Shown: positions 11,892 through 29,135, counted from the whole stretch's first letter. The stretch is DNA of 54,990 nt, filler included, from Catajapyx aquilonaris (GCA_000934665.2; 4 parts of 4 records of this genome joined end to end with filler, not necessarily neighbours in it), one strand, 5' to 3'. Made by a program: numbers and translations. Notes: generated by a model from the sequence alone, not told the origin.

Positions 11892-13216
11892 ATGAAGTTG
11901 AATTCACTGATCAGTGTGGTCCTCATTGTCAACCTCTGTGTGGTGACAGTGCAATCAGCAAACATCCTCATGGTGGTGTATTTTGGGTCCAGAAGTGAGA
12001 TGAGTATATACAATCCCCTGGCACAAGGCCTGGCTGCACGTGGACACAATCTGACATTGGTTACTCCCTTTCCAAAATCGCCTGACTCTCCAGGAATCAT
12101 AGAGATGAATCCAAAAAGCCTTGTAGCAAAATTAGAAGAAATTTTAAAACGCTATCAGAAGAGGGAGTCTTCCAACATAATTGAAAACATTTTCAATTTC
12201 ATGGACGACGCCATAGAATTATGCGACACATTTTTGGATAGCCCTGAAATTCACGACCTCATGAAGTCCAAATATGATTTTGTGATGATAGATGGACTGC
12301 TTAATGATTGCGTCGTCGGTCTAGCCCATCGTCTCAAGGTACCATTTGGATATTTGCATACCAGTGCATTTTTTGCATGGCATGCCAAATCAACCGGAAA
12401 TCCTGTGCCATCTTCTATCATTCCATGCGAATTCTTATCGTGGCAAGGTGATATGACATTTTTTAAACGTCTGGCCAGCTTTGTACTAAGTAATGTTGCC
12501 GAAATGATTCGATACCACTACGCCTTTCCGAAGCAGGATGCTCTCATGAGACGTTACTTAGGCCAAGACCTGCCTTCTATAGAGGACATGGAGCGTAACA
12601 TAAGTCTTGTGATAATCAACCAGCATTTTTCATTGGAGTGGCCTCGTGCTTGGATGCCAGGTATGATCGAAGCAGGTGGAATGCATTGCCGTGATCCAAA
12701 ACCTCTGCCTGACTCCCTCCTGGAATTTGTGGAAGATTCTGAAGGATTCATCTACTTCAGCTTCGGAACAGTTGTGCTTGGTAGTCAAATGGACCCCGCA
12801 CTGCGAGACACGTTTCTCAATGTCTTCAGCAAACTGAAAGAGAGGGTTCTGTGGAAATGGGAGACGGAGACCATGGAGGGAGTGGAGGTTCCCAAAAATA
12901 TCAAGCTCAGCAAATGGCTCCCTCAACAGGACATTTTAGGTATAGGTATAGAGAGGGCTCTTTTTTCACGTTAACGTATAACTTTTCTCTGTTTAGGGCA
13001 CCCAAAATGCCGTTTGTTCATCACTCATGGAGGTCTGTTAGGCCAACAGGAAGCCATATTTCATGGTGTACCTATGTTGGCGATGCCTTTCTTTGGTGAC
13101 CAAGACTCCAACGCAGTAAGAGCTGAGGACCGAGGGTATGCCCTCAAGATGGAAGTGACACAAGTGACCTCTGAGAGCCTCTACTCTACTATTAACCGTC
13201 TTCTGAATGAGCCACA
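11892..13216 (+). CDS. UDP-glycosyltransferase, cluster copy D (partial; last exon not seen before contig end)
   Basis: Exons 11892-12939 and 12997-13216, donor GTTGAGT at 13217. Signature WLPQQDILGHPKCRLFITHGGLLGQQEAIFHGVPMLAMPFFGDQ. More divergent from A-C. The TM exon is absent from 13217-13680. Confidence 0.9.
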
Positions 13217-13680
13217 GTTGAGTCGTTTCCCATCTTTATTTTAATTGATAGAGTATTGACATATTTTTTAATTCTTCTCGTTTTGCATCGCCTGAAGTGT
13301 TCGTGACGTGTACGACATAGTATACGCCTGTGTCGAAATTGGAAAGTACAGTAATTATGTTGTTCAGAAATACCGAGCATACGGACCTGGGCAGTATACA
13401 AGTAGCTACTAAGTTCATTTTTTAAAGCTATAAAATCATAAATGTCTAAAAAATATATTGAAATTCGCTTTGTGGATCACAAGCCGCCTCACGCTCCTAG
13501 TACAGACTTAGTAGAAATCAGAAAACACACCCCTGATACTCAAATACACCCGCAACTTTCCAACAAGTTGCATTAATGTTGGCTGGTTCCATTTCAATCC
13601 AGACGGTGGGTGCCCAGTCATGGTCTTCGATTTTTTTAAAAAAAATATATGTGAAACCCACATCCAATTGAACCCTTATG

Positions 13681-13780
13681 NNNNNNNNNNNNNNNNNNNN
13701 NNNNNNNNNNNNNNNNNNNNNNNNTTAATTAATTAANNNNNNNNNNNNNNNNNNNNNNNNNNNNNNNNNNNNNNNNNNNN
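13681..13780. other. Artificial contig linker (N-run with all-frame stop TTAATTAATTAA)
   Basis: Exactly 100 bp; the same construct occurs three times. Confidence 0.98.
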
Positions 13781-14347
13781 CCCCACCCCCTTAAATCTGC
13801 CATGACAATGTGGCAGAATGAAATTTCAGATAATTGATCATACTTCGCTTCAGAAATTAATGTACCCACATCATATCCTATCTCCCGGAATTAATTCCTG
13901 GGTCCACGAATGAGCCTGTGGGAAAACTCATTATTGGGGAAGAAGGTAAGGGAGGTTCATTTGGGCTGTTTCACAAATTCAGATGTCAGGAAGATAGTGG
14001 GAAATGAGTGCCAGCCCATCAGGGAAAGCATCACAGAGTGTACCGTCCCCAACTCAATTGTGACTCCTTTTCTGGTGGTTTCTGGCCTGCTTCTTGCCTG
14101 TCCAAAGTCTATTGCACTGGGCTTCTCTCATCCCACCCTGCTTGTTCGCCACCCACTAATAAAATGTGGAATTTGTGGAACAGTATTTAGGGTGACACGG
14201 GGGGTTTCAATAGAGTGATGCATATTTATGTTGTTATCACATATGTGAAACAACAATGACGTAATAATTATGCAAGCCAAGCAGAGTTATAACATAATGA
14301 CTTATTGCTACTTTATCATTAGTTCTTTAATTACTCTTGTTGAGCAT

Positions 14348-14594
14348 GTGGGTTGGCATGTTGGTGTAGTGGTTAGGAGCCTTCCGCCTCTGACATCCTA
14401 AGTTCATTACCTAGATTGGATGGAGGATTTTTTTCAGGTGGAAGATGAAAAAGGGTTCTAGGTTCATGGTGTTCTTCCTGTTTCCTCCCACAATTAAAAT
14501 GCATCTGCAGTGCAGTTTTAACTCAGTCATGTGTTGAAAAGATTACCATATCATGAAAAGATATAGGCATACATGAAGTAACGAATTACTATTG
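14348..14594 (+). mobile_element. Degraded copy of the V-domain-like SINE
   Basis: Matches 10294-10558 (ggttag...gccttccgcctct; gtttcctcccaca). 11-bp TSD TTGTTGAG(C/T)AT. Confidence 0.7.
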
Positions 14595-15996
14595 TTGTTG
14601 AGTATTTTCAGTTTAACTTTCCCCAAGACATTCCGAATTTAAGTCACCTGACTCAGATATTTTTTTAAATGTGATTTCCACATTCAAACACTTTAAAATC
14701 TTTTGCAAGATGATTTCGTTGCATCTGAAATTTTTATCATTTTTCTTTCTAGCTCGGGTGGTCAGGGTTCAAAACGGCCTGCATGGCGCCCTTAGCTCAA
14801 CAAAAGTAAGTTGTAACTGGGAACATGCTTAAGTTATGGTTAGTATTATCTCACAGCAAATGAAGCCCATCTTTTCTAGGTTCCTCAAGGTTCCTGCTAA
14901 AGTGGATAGTGGAAAATTTGCGAAGAAGCAGTAGGAATGATTGACCCTGGAAATTTTTTAGCATAGTCACATTGACATGGGTGAATTTAATAAAAAATAT
15001 ATATTTGGCAGTGGGTAATGGATTGTTTATATCATGAATCTTTTAGTAGCTTTGATTATGTTTCACAGTAATAATTAAAACCAGGATTTTGATCATCCAA
15101 ATATCCTTGAAGTTGTCATTCAAAAATGCCCAAGTGATCTCAATTATGAACGAAAAGATGATAACAGAGGGAAAATTTGTAGGCGGCCTTGAACCCCTCG
15201 AAATTTTGGTACAAAAGGTGGATTCAGGAAGAAAAGTGAAGCTGGAAGGTGTGGGAATGAATGGTTTCACAGAGTGTAATACTCATCAGTCAATATTTTA
15301 CTTCCTTTGTTTTACTTTTCAATGAAATATTTATCACAATTGATGCGTTTTTGCATTGTGGGTGATACTGCAATTGGAAAATCCTTCGCAAAAGAACTCC
15401 CATGCCACCAATCTGTAAGCTTCATTTTGATGCATTCTGGCTGACTTAAGTGGTGTAATGGTGCAAACTTGGGAGGCGAAAGTTAGTGTCGTTTTGATCC
15501 TGAAAGTAATCAGGAAAGCATGACATGGCATCACACAACATCACTCAATGTGATGATGTCCAATACATAGTGTCTGCAGGACCTTGATGTTCACAAATCA
15601 CTGGAATGGAAGAAATATTAAATTTATCCTATGTTGTGATTGTTGGCTGGCTCCCCCAGAATCTATCAGGCCCTGGTTGTCCTTGTTTTATACCAGTAGA
15701 CTGCTATTGTCAGGTTCCAGCCAAGTTTTGTGGAGGTTAATATTAATAATTGTGGTAATTTCAAAAGGCTACATGATTGGGAATTGGGACTTAGGTGTTT
15801 ATTGGGACTTGAGCATCACATTTCATGTTCTGAAAAGATACATTTTAAATGATGGAGGCAGTTTATATCCCACAACTTGAGAAAGAAGTAGAATTTAATA
15901 GATCTTGATTTGAGGTAGGTGTTATTCCCCCAGTAAAATTATTTTTGGATATCACTGCACCATTGCTTTAGAGGTTTAGAGGAAGAATTAACTGAC

Positions 15997-18021
15997 TCAG
16001 GAGATGATGGCAATGCTTTGTCCAGGCATAGACATGTTGTCGAGACTAGCCCACTTCTTGAACCTGTGCGACTTCTGAGTTCGGTCGTAGAAAATCTTGT
16101 CTTCAGTCATGCGTGACATAGCTTCCAGCTTCCATGCCCTCTCTTTGCTGAGGGGTTCTGCTGGGAAGGTGAGGTTGTTGGCCTCAGCCAGTGTGCGAAG
16201 GTCAAAGTAGTATTTGGCATATACACTTGAGGGTACACTGAGGTTGAAATGCAGCATTTTGAGGCACTGACGCTCAAGTTCATTCCTGAGATAAATTATG
16301 AACTGAAGGAACTGATGTGATGAATGAAGCATAAAAACTCACATGTCTTTTAAAGTGATATCCTTCAGTAAGTGGCAATAATCCACATTCCAGACAGCTT
16401 GGTCATCCCAAACTTTGGATGCCAATAGATTCGCACCTAACACTATGCGCTTCCAGTTTGTAGGCATAATGTCAATCTCAGCACAAGTCAACAGCCTGAA
16501 AAAATTTTAAAAATTCATACACAGGAAAAGAATTTAAATTTGAAATATTACCTTTCCAGGTACACAAGAGTGATTATGGCACATTCAGCTGTGAGTTGGG
16601 CTGTATAAAATAGGGTACAAACAAATTTGTATATCTGGCGATGTTCTGGATTGTGTTTATCATAGTCACTTGAATCTCCTCTCTGTAACATAGAGAAACA
16701 ACTACTGTTTTCCTTTTTTAAAATTATTCCGGAAATATTATGTCTTAGGAAGACACTGACTGCAAGTATTATTGGATGCGCCTTGTCATCAAAGATGTCC
16801 ATGTGTCTATTGGATGTCCTGTTTCTGATGTGGTAGTAAATGGCCATGGCCACACTTTTCAGGGTGGCCTTGAAGTTGGGCTTAGAAACTGTGCTGTCAT
16901 CCATAAATATTGTGGAGCAAGAGCTACTCTTCTTTATCCTGTGGTTGTTATGCACCTGCAAATCAACAGATGTTTGCATGATTTACATGCACTGTAGGAC
17001 CATACATAGCCATGTGTGTGTCTAGGAGATTATCACATCAGGATTCACCTGTGGTATATTTTTATCCTATAAAACTGGATGAATTGGGACAAAAATGTAC
17101 AAAAACATTATTGGCATTAAAAAAGGAGATGTCCAAGTCACGTGTTTGCAGCAGCGAAGGGAATTTCTTTGCCTATGACTTACCGTAGGTATTGCTCAAG
17201 AATTATTTATATTTATATTGTGAGAAGGCTTATTGTGGAAGAATCCTGACGAACAGAAGCCAACTGCTAAATGAGACTAAGAAAGTAACAAGTAACTCTA
17301 AGAGACAAGTTTATCTGGGTTTAGACCTTCAGCATGAAGATCTAAAATCCCCCATTATCTTAAACTGGAATTTCCTAATGCATCAACAAATGAATGACCT
17401 ATTCAGGGCTTCAGTAGTTTATCATCAGAATTATGTGCATTAGTTTTATAGTGTGAGCCTATGTGATTATAACAGCATGAAAACATACCTGCGACTGGCT
17501 TTGGCTCCTCTTCTGTACCACATCATCTGAAAGACACTAGGCAGTTTAAATGTAAGCTGCACAAGCAGAGGAATTTTGATGTTAAGAGTGATGACGCGAC
17601 AATATGGGGGCGACAATATGCAGCCTACGATTATGGTATGCAGAATGCATTACGCATGTGAATAAACTCACTCTGAGCACCGGTAGTAAATTTTGAGAGC
17701 TTCATAAAGATGGTTTCTGCCTTTGGATGTAGAGATGGATCACTCTCCTGGTCCTTTGGCTCCCTCTCACTAATGTGCAGCAAGCTCCCAGTGCTTTCCG
17801 TTCTGTCTGCAACCCATCAAGCACAATTTGGTGGAAAGAAGAAAACACCCAAGTACATGCATGCACTGATCACACACTCCATCATCCAGCATAAGCATCA
17901 CCATAGGGTATGTAAATGTTACAAAATCATTTCATTATGGCAACATTTTAGAGACATGATGAAGTTGTCTAATCTTACGCCTCATACTCGAGTGAGCACA
18001 GCAGCTGCTTGCATTCCCCAT
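15997..18021 (-). CDS. Cyclin Y-like protein, tandem diverged paralog
   Basis: Exons 18021-17979, 17806-17672, 17526-17489, 16955-16761, 16682-16552, 16495-16343, 16285-15997 join in frame via GT-AG introns with no stop. MGNASSCC N-terminus, [10 protein letters not shown], cyclin box [15 protein letters not shown]...[25 protein letters not shown]. Confidence 0.88.
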
Positions 18022-21000
18022 TTTGAATCCTGCCTGCTTCTTCTCCCCCACTCAACTCGAGGATATTTCCCCCCCTTCACACTGGTACTAAAATCGACAA
18101 GTGCAAGCATATTTTATGAGGCAGTAAGAAAGGCTAGGTTCCATGCCTCATGAAGCAGATGTAAGTGCACTTGCAACATCTGTGGACGTTTCTTGGAAGT
18201 AACATTCTCCATATGTATGTAAAAATGGGACAAAGTACTCTACCATAACAACTGCCATCACACTTCGGCACAAGTATGGGCCGGACACATGAACTTCCTA
18301 CCTGCTCCCTGCACAATGGCCATCCTTACTAGCAATTTGGGGAAGGTCACATTTTTAATTGACATGTTCATTAGGACTTACGAGTACTCATTGGTTCAGG
18401 TCAGAGCTGCAGGGCTTCTCTGTGAACTTTATTCATGAATTTATGCTGCAGGAGATCATCAAATTAAAGAAGTTAGAGCAAGAATAAACATACATTTTTT
18501 GTCACGTAATAGTGGTCTGTGACTGTTGCTCCATCACTTACAGTTAGTAGTAAAGTTACAGGGGGTAACGAGATTTTAAAAATATATGCATTGGTCAGGT
18601 CTATTATATATTTTTTATTCTTATTGCATTACGGTGCTATCATTGAAAATCAGTACAGTAACAAAAATTTTCTTCACATCTTTCATTGAGACATAATATA
18701 TGTTGCAGATTTAATTACACCTTTATGTACAAGATGTGGGGATTGTTTACAAAAATGGGGAGGACAAAGATGTGGGCAGTTGCATCCACAAAAGTTTAAA
18801 ATTTAATTTTAGTGGCTCGAATCTGCTCAACAATGTCTTACTTCATTATTTATGAACTTGCCTTACGCTCTATTTTGATATCACAGTATAAGTGGCTATA
18901 CATAATAATTATACTGTGAGTTGTATCTTCTCAAGATCACAACACAAAAAAACAATAAAAAAACAGAGCTTCAGGAACTTCCCCTTGGGATGGCAAACAA
19001 AATCAAATGCCTGACTTCTCAAGGTGCCAATTAAACCATGTTCATGTGGTTTATGAAAGCCACGATGTTTCATCGCAATATATTTCATATGTTTACACAA
19101 ACATTCTGGCTTAATGGTGCAAGAGATGCTCATCATTTGCTACTTGTTCACTAGCCAGTGTGTCCGCTTAGCGAAGAGTTCACCAAGGACCCCTCTTGTT
19201 TTACTGTTTCCCCATTGAGGTCTTAATGCCACCACTTATTAATACTTTCCTGTGCATCCTCTCAACACATTCAGCATGACTGGCTGCCATCGAAAGTGAC
19301 AGTCAACTCTGAACCTAGTTTACACCATCACCACCATCTATCCCACCACCTGTTACTTTGGTGTCCAGATGCATTAATCATGCTGAGCAGAGTTCAGTGC
19401 CTATGTAGCCAGGGTTAGAAGTTAAATGGCTGTTTGAGAAATCGGGCATCATATTAAATTACAGAATGGCAGTTTAAAAAGATCTGTGCCCTGTTTTTCT
19501 ACGTTTGGAATGGAAATGTAATTGAATTAAAATATTTACACAATATAATTGCAAAGGGCGCCTGGACTCCTTTCCTAGATTTTGTATAGCTGAAATAACT
19601 TAGCAATAGCATATCTGGTATATATTATGTATGATTAACCATGATGTGATCATCTTCTCATAATTCAATCAAAGCAAAAAAGACCAAGGTGGCATTACTT
19701 TAGTAGTAATTTTACAAAAAAACAAAAAAAAAAACATTATTCACATGACAATAATAATGTGACCATTGTTGGAAAAACTGGGATAGTGAACTCAATTAGT
19801 TTGTAACTTGGAGAACATTTAAAAATCATTAATGGAAGTTAATTTTGGACAATATATTATCAAGTTTTATCTTCAACTATTTTAATTACAATTGTAAACT
19901 TCGTGATTCTGGCAAACTCTAACACCTGCGTGACATGTGTTATTCTAAAATAGTATTTGCCACAAGTTTTCCCTACAACTGATGGCACGCTTACCATTAA
20001 GGCATTTTCTTTCAACAGTTTACTATTTCTTTCCTGATGGGAAGTCTAGCAGGTGATGAGTATCCCTCCTCCTCTTCATGAGCAGGCTTTTACCATGTTG
20101 TACCTGTCGTTTAAAATGGCTATCACTTGAAACCAGTTTTCGGGAAGGAATGCCAAATGTCTCCAAGGATTTCTTCTTTCCCTTTTTTCTACTTGCTTTT
20201 CATTTCAATATTTTAATGAGGAGGACACAAAGAGGAGGGAAAATGTTGAGCACTTGTTCTATTCAAAGCATTTTGTGTTGAGTGTCTGTGTGGGTGTGTG
20301 TGTGGCAAAGTCTTTATTAAGCAAATAATCATCTAATTGTTATCAATAACTGTTTTCCTTAGGAAGTACTAAGTGGAAGAGACTAGCATTTTTTTGTGTC
20401 AAGATAAATCAAAATATTTTAAACCCTACTCTCAACTGTGGCACATTTTTGATAGGGAAACATTAAAATTTTGAAAAAAGATCACCACAATTTCTCAAAA
20501 CTAGTATAACACTTTTCAAAACATGGTGAATTTTTACATTTTTGACTGACTGAGAAGCCGCAATCACTTGTGCTATTTAAGCGCAACCTTGATAAGCCCC
20601 TTACGTTATCTCATGGAAGATAATAAATATGATGGGAGGCTCAAACGCTTCTTCAAGTATATCTTGACCCACTAAACACTGGCGAGGACATATTTTGTTG
20701 TTGCAATCTGGGGAAATAATGCAGTCTTTGACTCTAAAGTCAAAAAATTTACCGTGCAAAATGCATTTCACTGCCAATGCAATTGTAGTTTTGCAAGGCA
20801 GGGAAAATAATTTACATGGCTTCGTATTCAGCAAGACACTAGCTGTCGTAATATGTAGATTCTGCCTGTGTAAATATTGTCTTAAAGGAAATGGCTAGGT
20901 GTCGTAATGTTGGATGACACTGGAAAAAAAGTCATATTTATAGATATATATGTATAATGTGTACGTATATATAAAAAAGAGGGTCTCTGATTAGCATGTA

Positions 21001-21172
21001 TCACATGTACTGGAGTTCCCACTTCACTCAGCACAATACTTCCATAACTTCAAAAAAAATTCATGATCCAACTTCACAAAAAAAAATGATGGGATCAAAT
21101 TGCTAATGAAGCACAGGTATGTAAAAAAACAATGTGCATGTTTTTGTCCACCATGATGTGAAACTCACAGAA

Positions 21173-24887
<3,715 letters not shown>

Positions 24888-26505
24888 CTCGCATCCTGCC
24901 TACTCACTCACTCTACAGCCACGTGTTCACACCTTTGATTCACACACTCACACTGGCACTGAAAGGCAAGGGAAAGCAACTTTATGAGTGAGATCCGGAT
25001 AAAGGTGTCATAAAACCAGATACAGCATAAGCAAACAGCCAAATGACACTGTTCATAAAGGTGTTGTTCAACATTTTACAGTGCAGGCTTCACTGAAATA
25101 AAATAATATACACAATTCTAAATATCCACTTAGGAAAAACATTTACATGTGCCAGAGGTCTTCATTCAGTTTTCTATGGAACCCCCAGGGTCCTGCAGGC
25201 CTATTGAAAGGGTTTCATGAAGGGTAATAAATTATAAGAGATATGATGCTGTTATTAGGTGTCATAAAATTGGGCAACATTGTGCAGGGTTCTGGAAAAG
25301 TTCGCATACGCAAAAGGGGTTCTGCAACATGAAAAAGGTTGTAAACTTATGACAACGGGTATCCTGCTGCTCTTGTGATAAGTGAGTCAAGTTGTCATCC
25401 TGACTCACAGATTTATGTATTGACTTCCATTCACAGTGCAACCTGTCTCAGGATCTCACACGGGAGTGCCAGCTAGACTCAAGAGCTTATATTGCTAGAT
25501 GTAATAATGTAGTATTGTCATTTTTTTTGTTTCAACAATTACAAATGCTGAACTGAGTATGATTATTGAACAGTTTTATTGTGCTTTTGACACCAACAAA
25601 AATAAGTAACACTGGCCTTATAATACCTTGCCTTCAGCAAGACAGTAAAATCAGAAACTTCAATTTTCCAGTTCCAAAGCATCACAATTTTTGGAAAACA
25701 CCTTTGTATCACAATTTCCATCAAGGAAACTAGAGATTTTAGCAACAGCAAATCAAGTATGTTTTGCGAGACAAAACATGTTACAAGGATTCATGAACAT
25801 GGTTGAGGAATGATTTCCAAGTTTGTTTAGAATACAAGGCCTGTACATATTTGCATACCATGCTTGGCTAGGTATAGCTACCTGCATCATAAATGGGCAT
25901 AGCATAAAGAATTGCTATTGCCTCATGCTGGCATATATTTTCCAATTAACATGGATTTTGATACTTTCACTATTCACAAAACTATATATCTGGTGTGTTC
26001 TTTTACATCTTGATTAACCTGACACTTTCTTCAAGATAACAAGACTACAAATCTTATCTTGGACATCTTAACATCCACATTATTGTCTTGCATGGTAGGA
26101 ATGGTGTTGTAGGTTGGTCGACTTTGACAAGTAAACAGAGCAAGACTGATTACATCTCCCAAGTCTCCAGTTTACTTCATTTAGCTGCAGCCATGCACCT
26201 GTCCCAACTAGAGCATATCTATTGCAGTTTTCATTTACATCATCTTCAACCGTAGGCATGCCCCTGCACCTTGCATGCCAGGCAGAATAACTGACTAAAT
26301 AATCCACCATGCACCAACCCCTGTCACCCTGTTCTCCAGCATCACCCTCATGACAGCTGCAGCACCCTGTACCACCCTCCCAGCCACCACCCACACCCAC
26401 TGTCCCATTCCAAGTGACAGATCCCGAATGACAAAACGCCCGTTCGATCAACCCTAGGCCTAGTAGGGGGGAGACAAGAAAAAGGAAGAGGGGGTTTTCT
26501 CTTAC

Positions 26506-26720
26506 GTGTAATAAGGGCACAGCGTGTCCCTCCTGCCCCTTGCCTCAGCTCCTTCCATCCCGTCCCATTCCAAGATCCGCACCCTTCCAGACCAGCCGGG
26601 GCCGCACCAGGGGAAGGGCAGACTGGGGGCCACGCGGAAGGGAAACTACTACACACCTACTACCCTCCTCCTCCTACCAAATCCGACATGTTGCCGGCTA
26701 AGGTTGGTAACGCCGCGTAC
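26506..26720 (-). promoter_or_regulatory. Probable non-coding first exon / GC-rich promoter of cyclin Y
   Basis: CpG-rich stretch ending at a minus-strand donor AC|GTAAGA (intron starts at 26505). A matching acceptor TTTCAG precedes the ATG exon (exon start 24958). The upstream boundary is approximate. Confidence 0.45.
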
Positions 26721-27455
26721 AAAAAATGTTACTCCAGAGAGGATTTGCTCCCAATGTGCCTCCCCCTCCCTCTCTCCTCTCCTCCCTCCCAGGACTCCCA
26801 CTTTCGTCAGGACCCCACAATATCATAGGGTCGGGTTTGCTTGCCGTATGGTTATTAACACAGGCACATTTGGATTTATGGAATAAAATGGGGCGGCCAG
26901 TCGTGGTTAAAAACATACACGCAATTAGGGTTGAAGTGAGTGTTGCCAACAGGAGTATCGATATTTGGCGATACGACTGAGATATGTTATGTACCGAATC
27001 ATGCGCTTGTATGAGAGGATTTAAAGAAAATAATGTTGCAGACAGACAGGTCCGATGTACGTGAAGAATGGGACCGTATTTACACATCGGATAAAGTTAA
27101 CGTTTCGAGTAAATTGGACAGAATCTTGCGCAATATCGTGACCACATCGTGACCGGATCGTGACTGTTTAGTCAATACGGGTGCGTTCGGTACTTTGACA
27201 CCGTATGTTCCCGGCTGCATGTTCCGCAGCTATTTACACTCGTTGCTACTGACAATGGGCCGTCGCCATTTCCAAGTGAACATGTTAATTTATGCCAGTA
27301 TTTGTCCCACGCGACGAATACAAGACGAAAATCTGCATATTGATGAACCTTTGTCACCTTTGGGCTGACGTCATACGCTGCAAGGTTAGAACGCGCCATG
27401 TAATTCCCCACCCTTTACCCCCACCTCCCCCCTTTCCTTCGATCCCCCCTCTCCC

Positions 27456-27555
27456 NNNNNNNNNNNNNNNNNNNNNNNNNNNNNNNNNNNNNNNNNNNNT
27501 TAATTAATTAANNNNNNNNNNNNNNNNNNNNNNNNNNNNNNNNNNNNNNNNNNNN
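27456..27555. other. Artificial contig linker
   Basis: 100-bp N/TTAATTAATTAA/N construct. Confidence 0.98.
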
Positions 27556-27985
27556 CGGCCACACCGGCGGTGCGAACACAACGCTGCACCCGTCCCTCGG
27601 CCCAACTTGCCCTCCGCGAGTGGGAAAAATCGTCGTGACCGTGCGCCCTTAAGACTTCCATTGCCTTTAGGAAATTTACACACCATAAGCATATCACATT
27701 GATCTTAATGTCACCAAACTTCACGCCATAATTGTACAATTGTTGGACTCTTGCAAACAGGGTGAACTGGATTGTAAAGTGTGGAACATACAGTGCATTG
27801 AATACAATATTACATTAACTCCACTTCAGGTTAGGATTAGTCATGCATTCATTCATTCCTCTGCAGCATGAATCCCATAACTCCAGCAAAGCCCAGGTAA
27901 AACACCAGCCCTCTCAAATGACCAACACAATTAATCCTTGGATGACTGGTCAAGTACTCACAGGACATGTTAGGATTCAACTTAC

Positions 27986-28190
27986 CAAAAATGGTATTTG
28001 TTGGATTCATGGCCACTTGGTTCTTGGCAGCGTCTCCAATGAGGCGCTCTGTGTCAGTGAAGGCCACATAGCTTGGGGTTGTCCTGTTGCCTTGGTCATT
28101 GGCAATGATTTCAACCTTCCCATGCTGGAAGACTCCCACACAGGAATAGGTCGTCCCAAGGTCGATTCCGACAGCAGGTGCTTTTGCCAT
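27986..28190 (-). CDS. Hsc70: Cytosolic heat shock cognate 70 kDa protein, first coding exon (gene truncated by contig end)
   Basis: [68 protein letters not shown], followed by donor G|GTAAGT at 27985. Acceptor TTTTAG just upstream of the ATG (exon start 28196). Introns favour the cognate over an inducible hsp70. Confidence 0.95.
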
Positions 28191-28789
28191 GTTGTCCTAA
28201 AAGAACAGAAATTATTTTACTACATTACCATCAAACCACAAAAATTATGGAATCTACTGTTCAGTAGCTGGGTAGGTGCTGCCAAGCTGAAGCCATTCAG
28301 TGAATGTACATAACTCACATGAGCCAACCTCCACATTTTGTTAAGTCAAAACCCAAAGTGTTCTGAAAATGTAACTTCCCTCAGCTGCATTCCCCACCCC
28401 TCATTGTAACAGATGGCAAGGCAATGATTGCCTCAGAACATCTTTCTCCACCTCCCTTCCTTGCCTTCCTCAACCTCCAACCAAGGGTGTGTCACTCATA
28501 GACATTTGGTCAGCACTCCATAGTTTCTCCTTTCGCTTGGCCTTTAAACAGCAATCAGTGTCGAGCAACAATAGTGTGGAGGAGGAACATTAAAACTTTC
28601 CAGCACATCTTCCTGATCACCACCTGGCAACAATGTTCACACATGCCTACTCTCTCCTTTCGCCTTTAACACTGGCTGATTCTTTTAACTCGTAGGCATG
28701 GCCAAATTAATATTTGGCAGGCCTCAGCCAGCATCATACTTCTGTAGCCATGGCTACCAACCTCAGCCAGTGAGCATGGATGGCACTGA

Positions 28790-29135
28790 CAAGGGACCGA
28801 CCAAGGTCGGTCTCCTCCGATTTGGTTGGAACTCGCTTGAGAGGTCACTCATGTGCGATAGACACGTGGTGAAAGTCCTAGATGACACTGTCCAGCCGTT
28901 TCCGAGATATGAGCACAAAAATATCAGAATATTGGCTGCGCGTACCGACCGGTGCTGCCCGGCAAAGCCCTTCCCCTATACGCGCGGACAATATTTGGAT
29001 GTTCCTGTCACTCATATCTCTGAAACGGCTGGACAGTGTCATCTAGGACTTTCACCACAGTGTCTATCGCATATGAGTGACCGCTCAAGCGAGTTGCAAC
29101 CAAATCGGACGCAACCTACGTTGGTCGTTCCCTTG
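28790..29135. mobile_element. Palindromic MITE with CAAGGGA termini and TGA TSD
   Basis: About 150-bp inverted arms. Flanks c-TGA-[CAAGGGA...TCCCTTG]-TGA-g. Confidence 0.85.

Noticed and set aside
13726..13737. TTAATTAATTAA palindrome repeated three times at regular spacing
   Set aside because: All-frame stop spacer added during concatenation, embedded in Ns.
16548..16979. 143-aa ORF suggesting a 26-aa insertion in the cyclin Y paralog
   Set aside because: 16760-16683 is a 78-nt GT-AG intron at the same position as an intron in the canonical copy; it simply lacks a stop.
27930..27950. TCCTTGGATG in the Hsc70 intron resembling U14 snoRNA domain B (vertebrate HSPA8 hosts U14)
   Set aside because: It is on the strand opposite to Hsc70 transcription, lacks the adjacent CTGA box D, and no box C or domain A was found.
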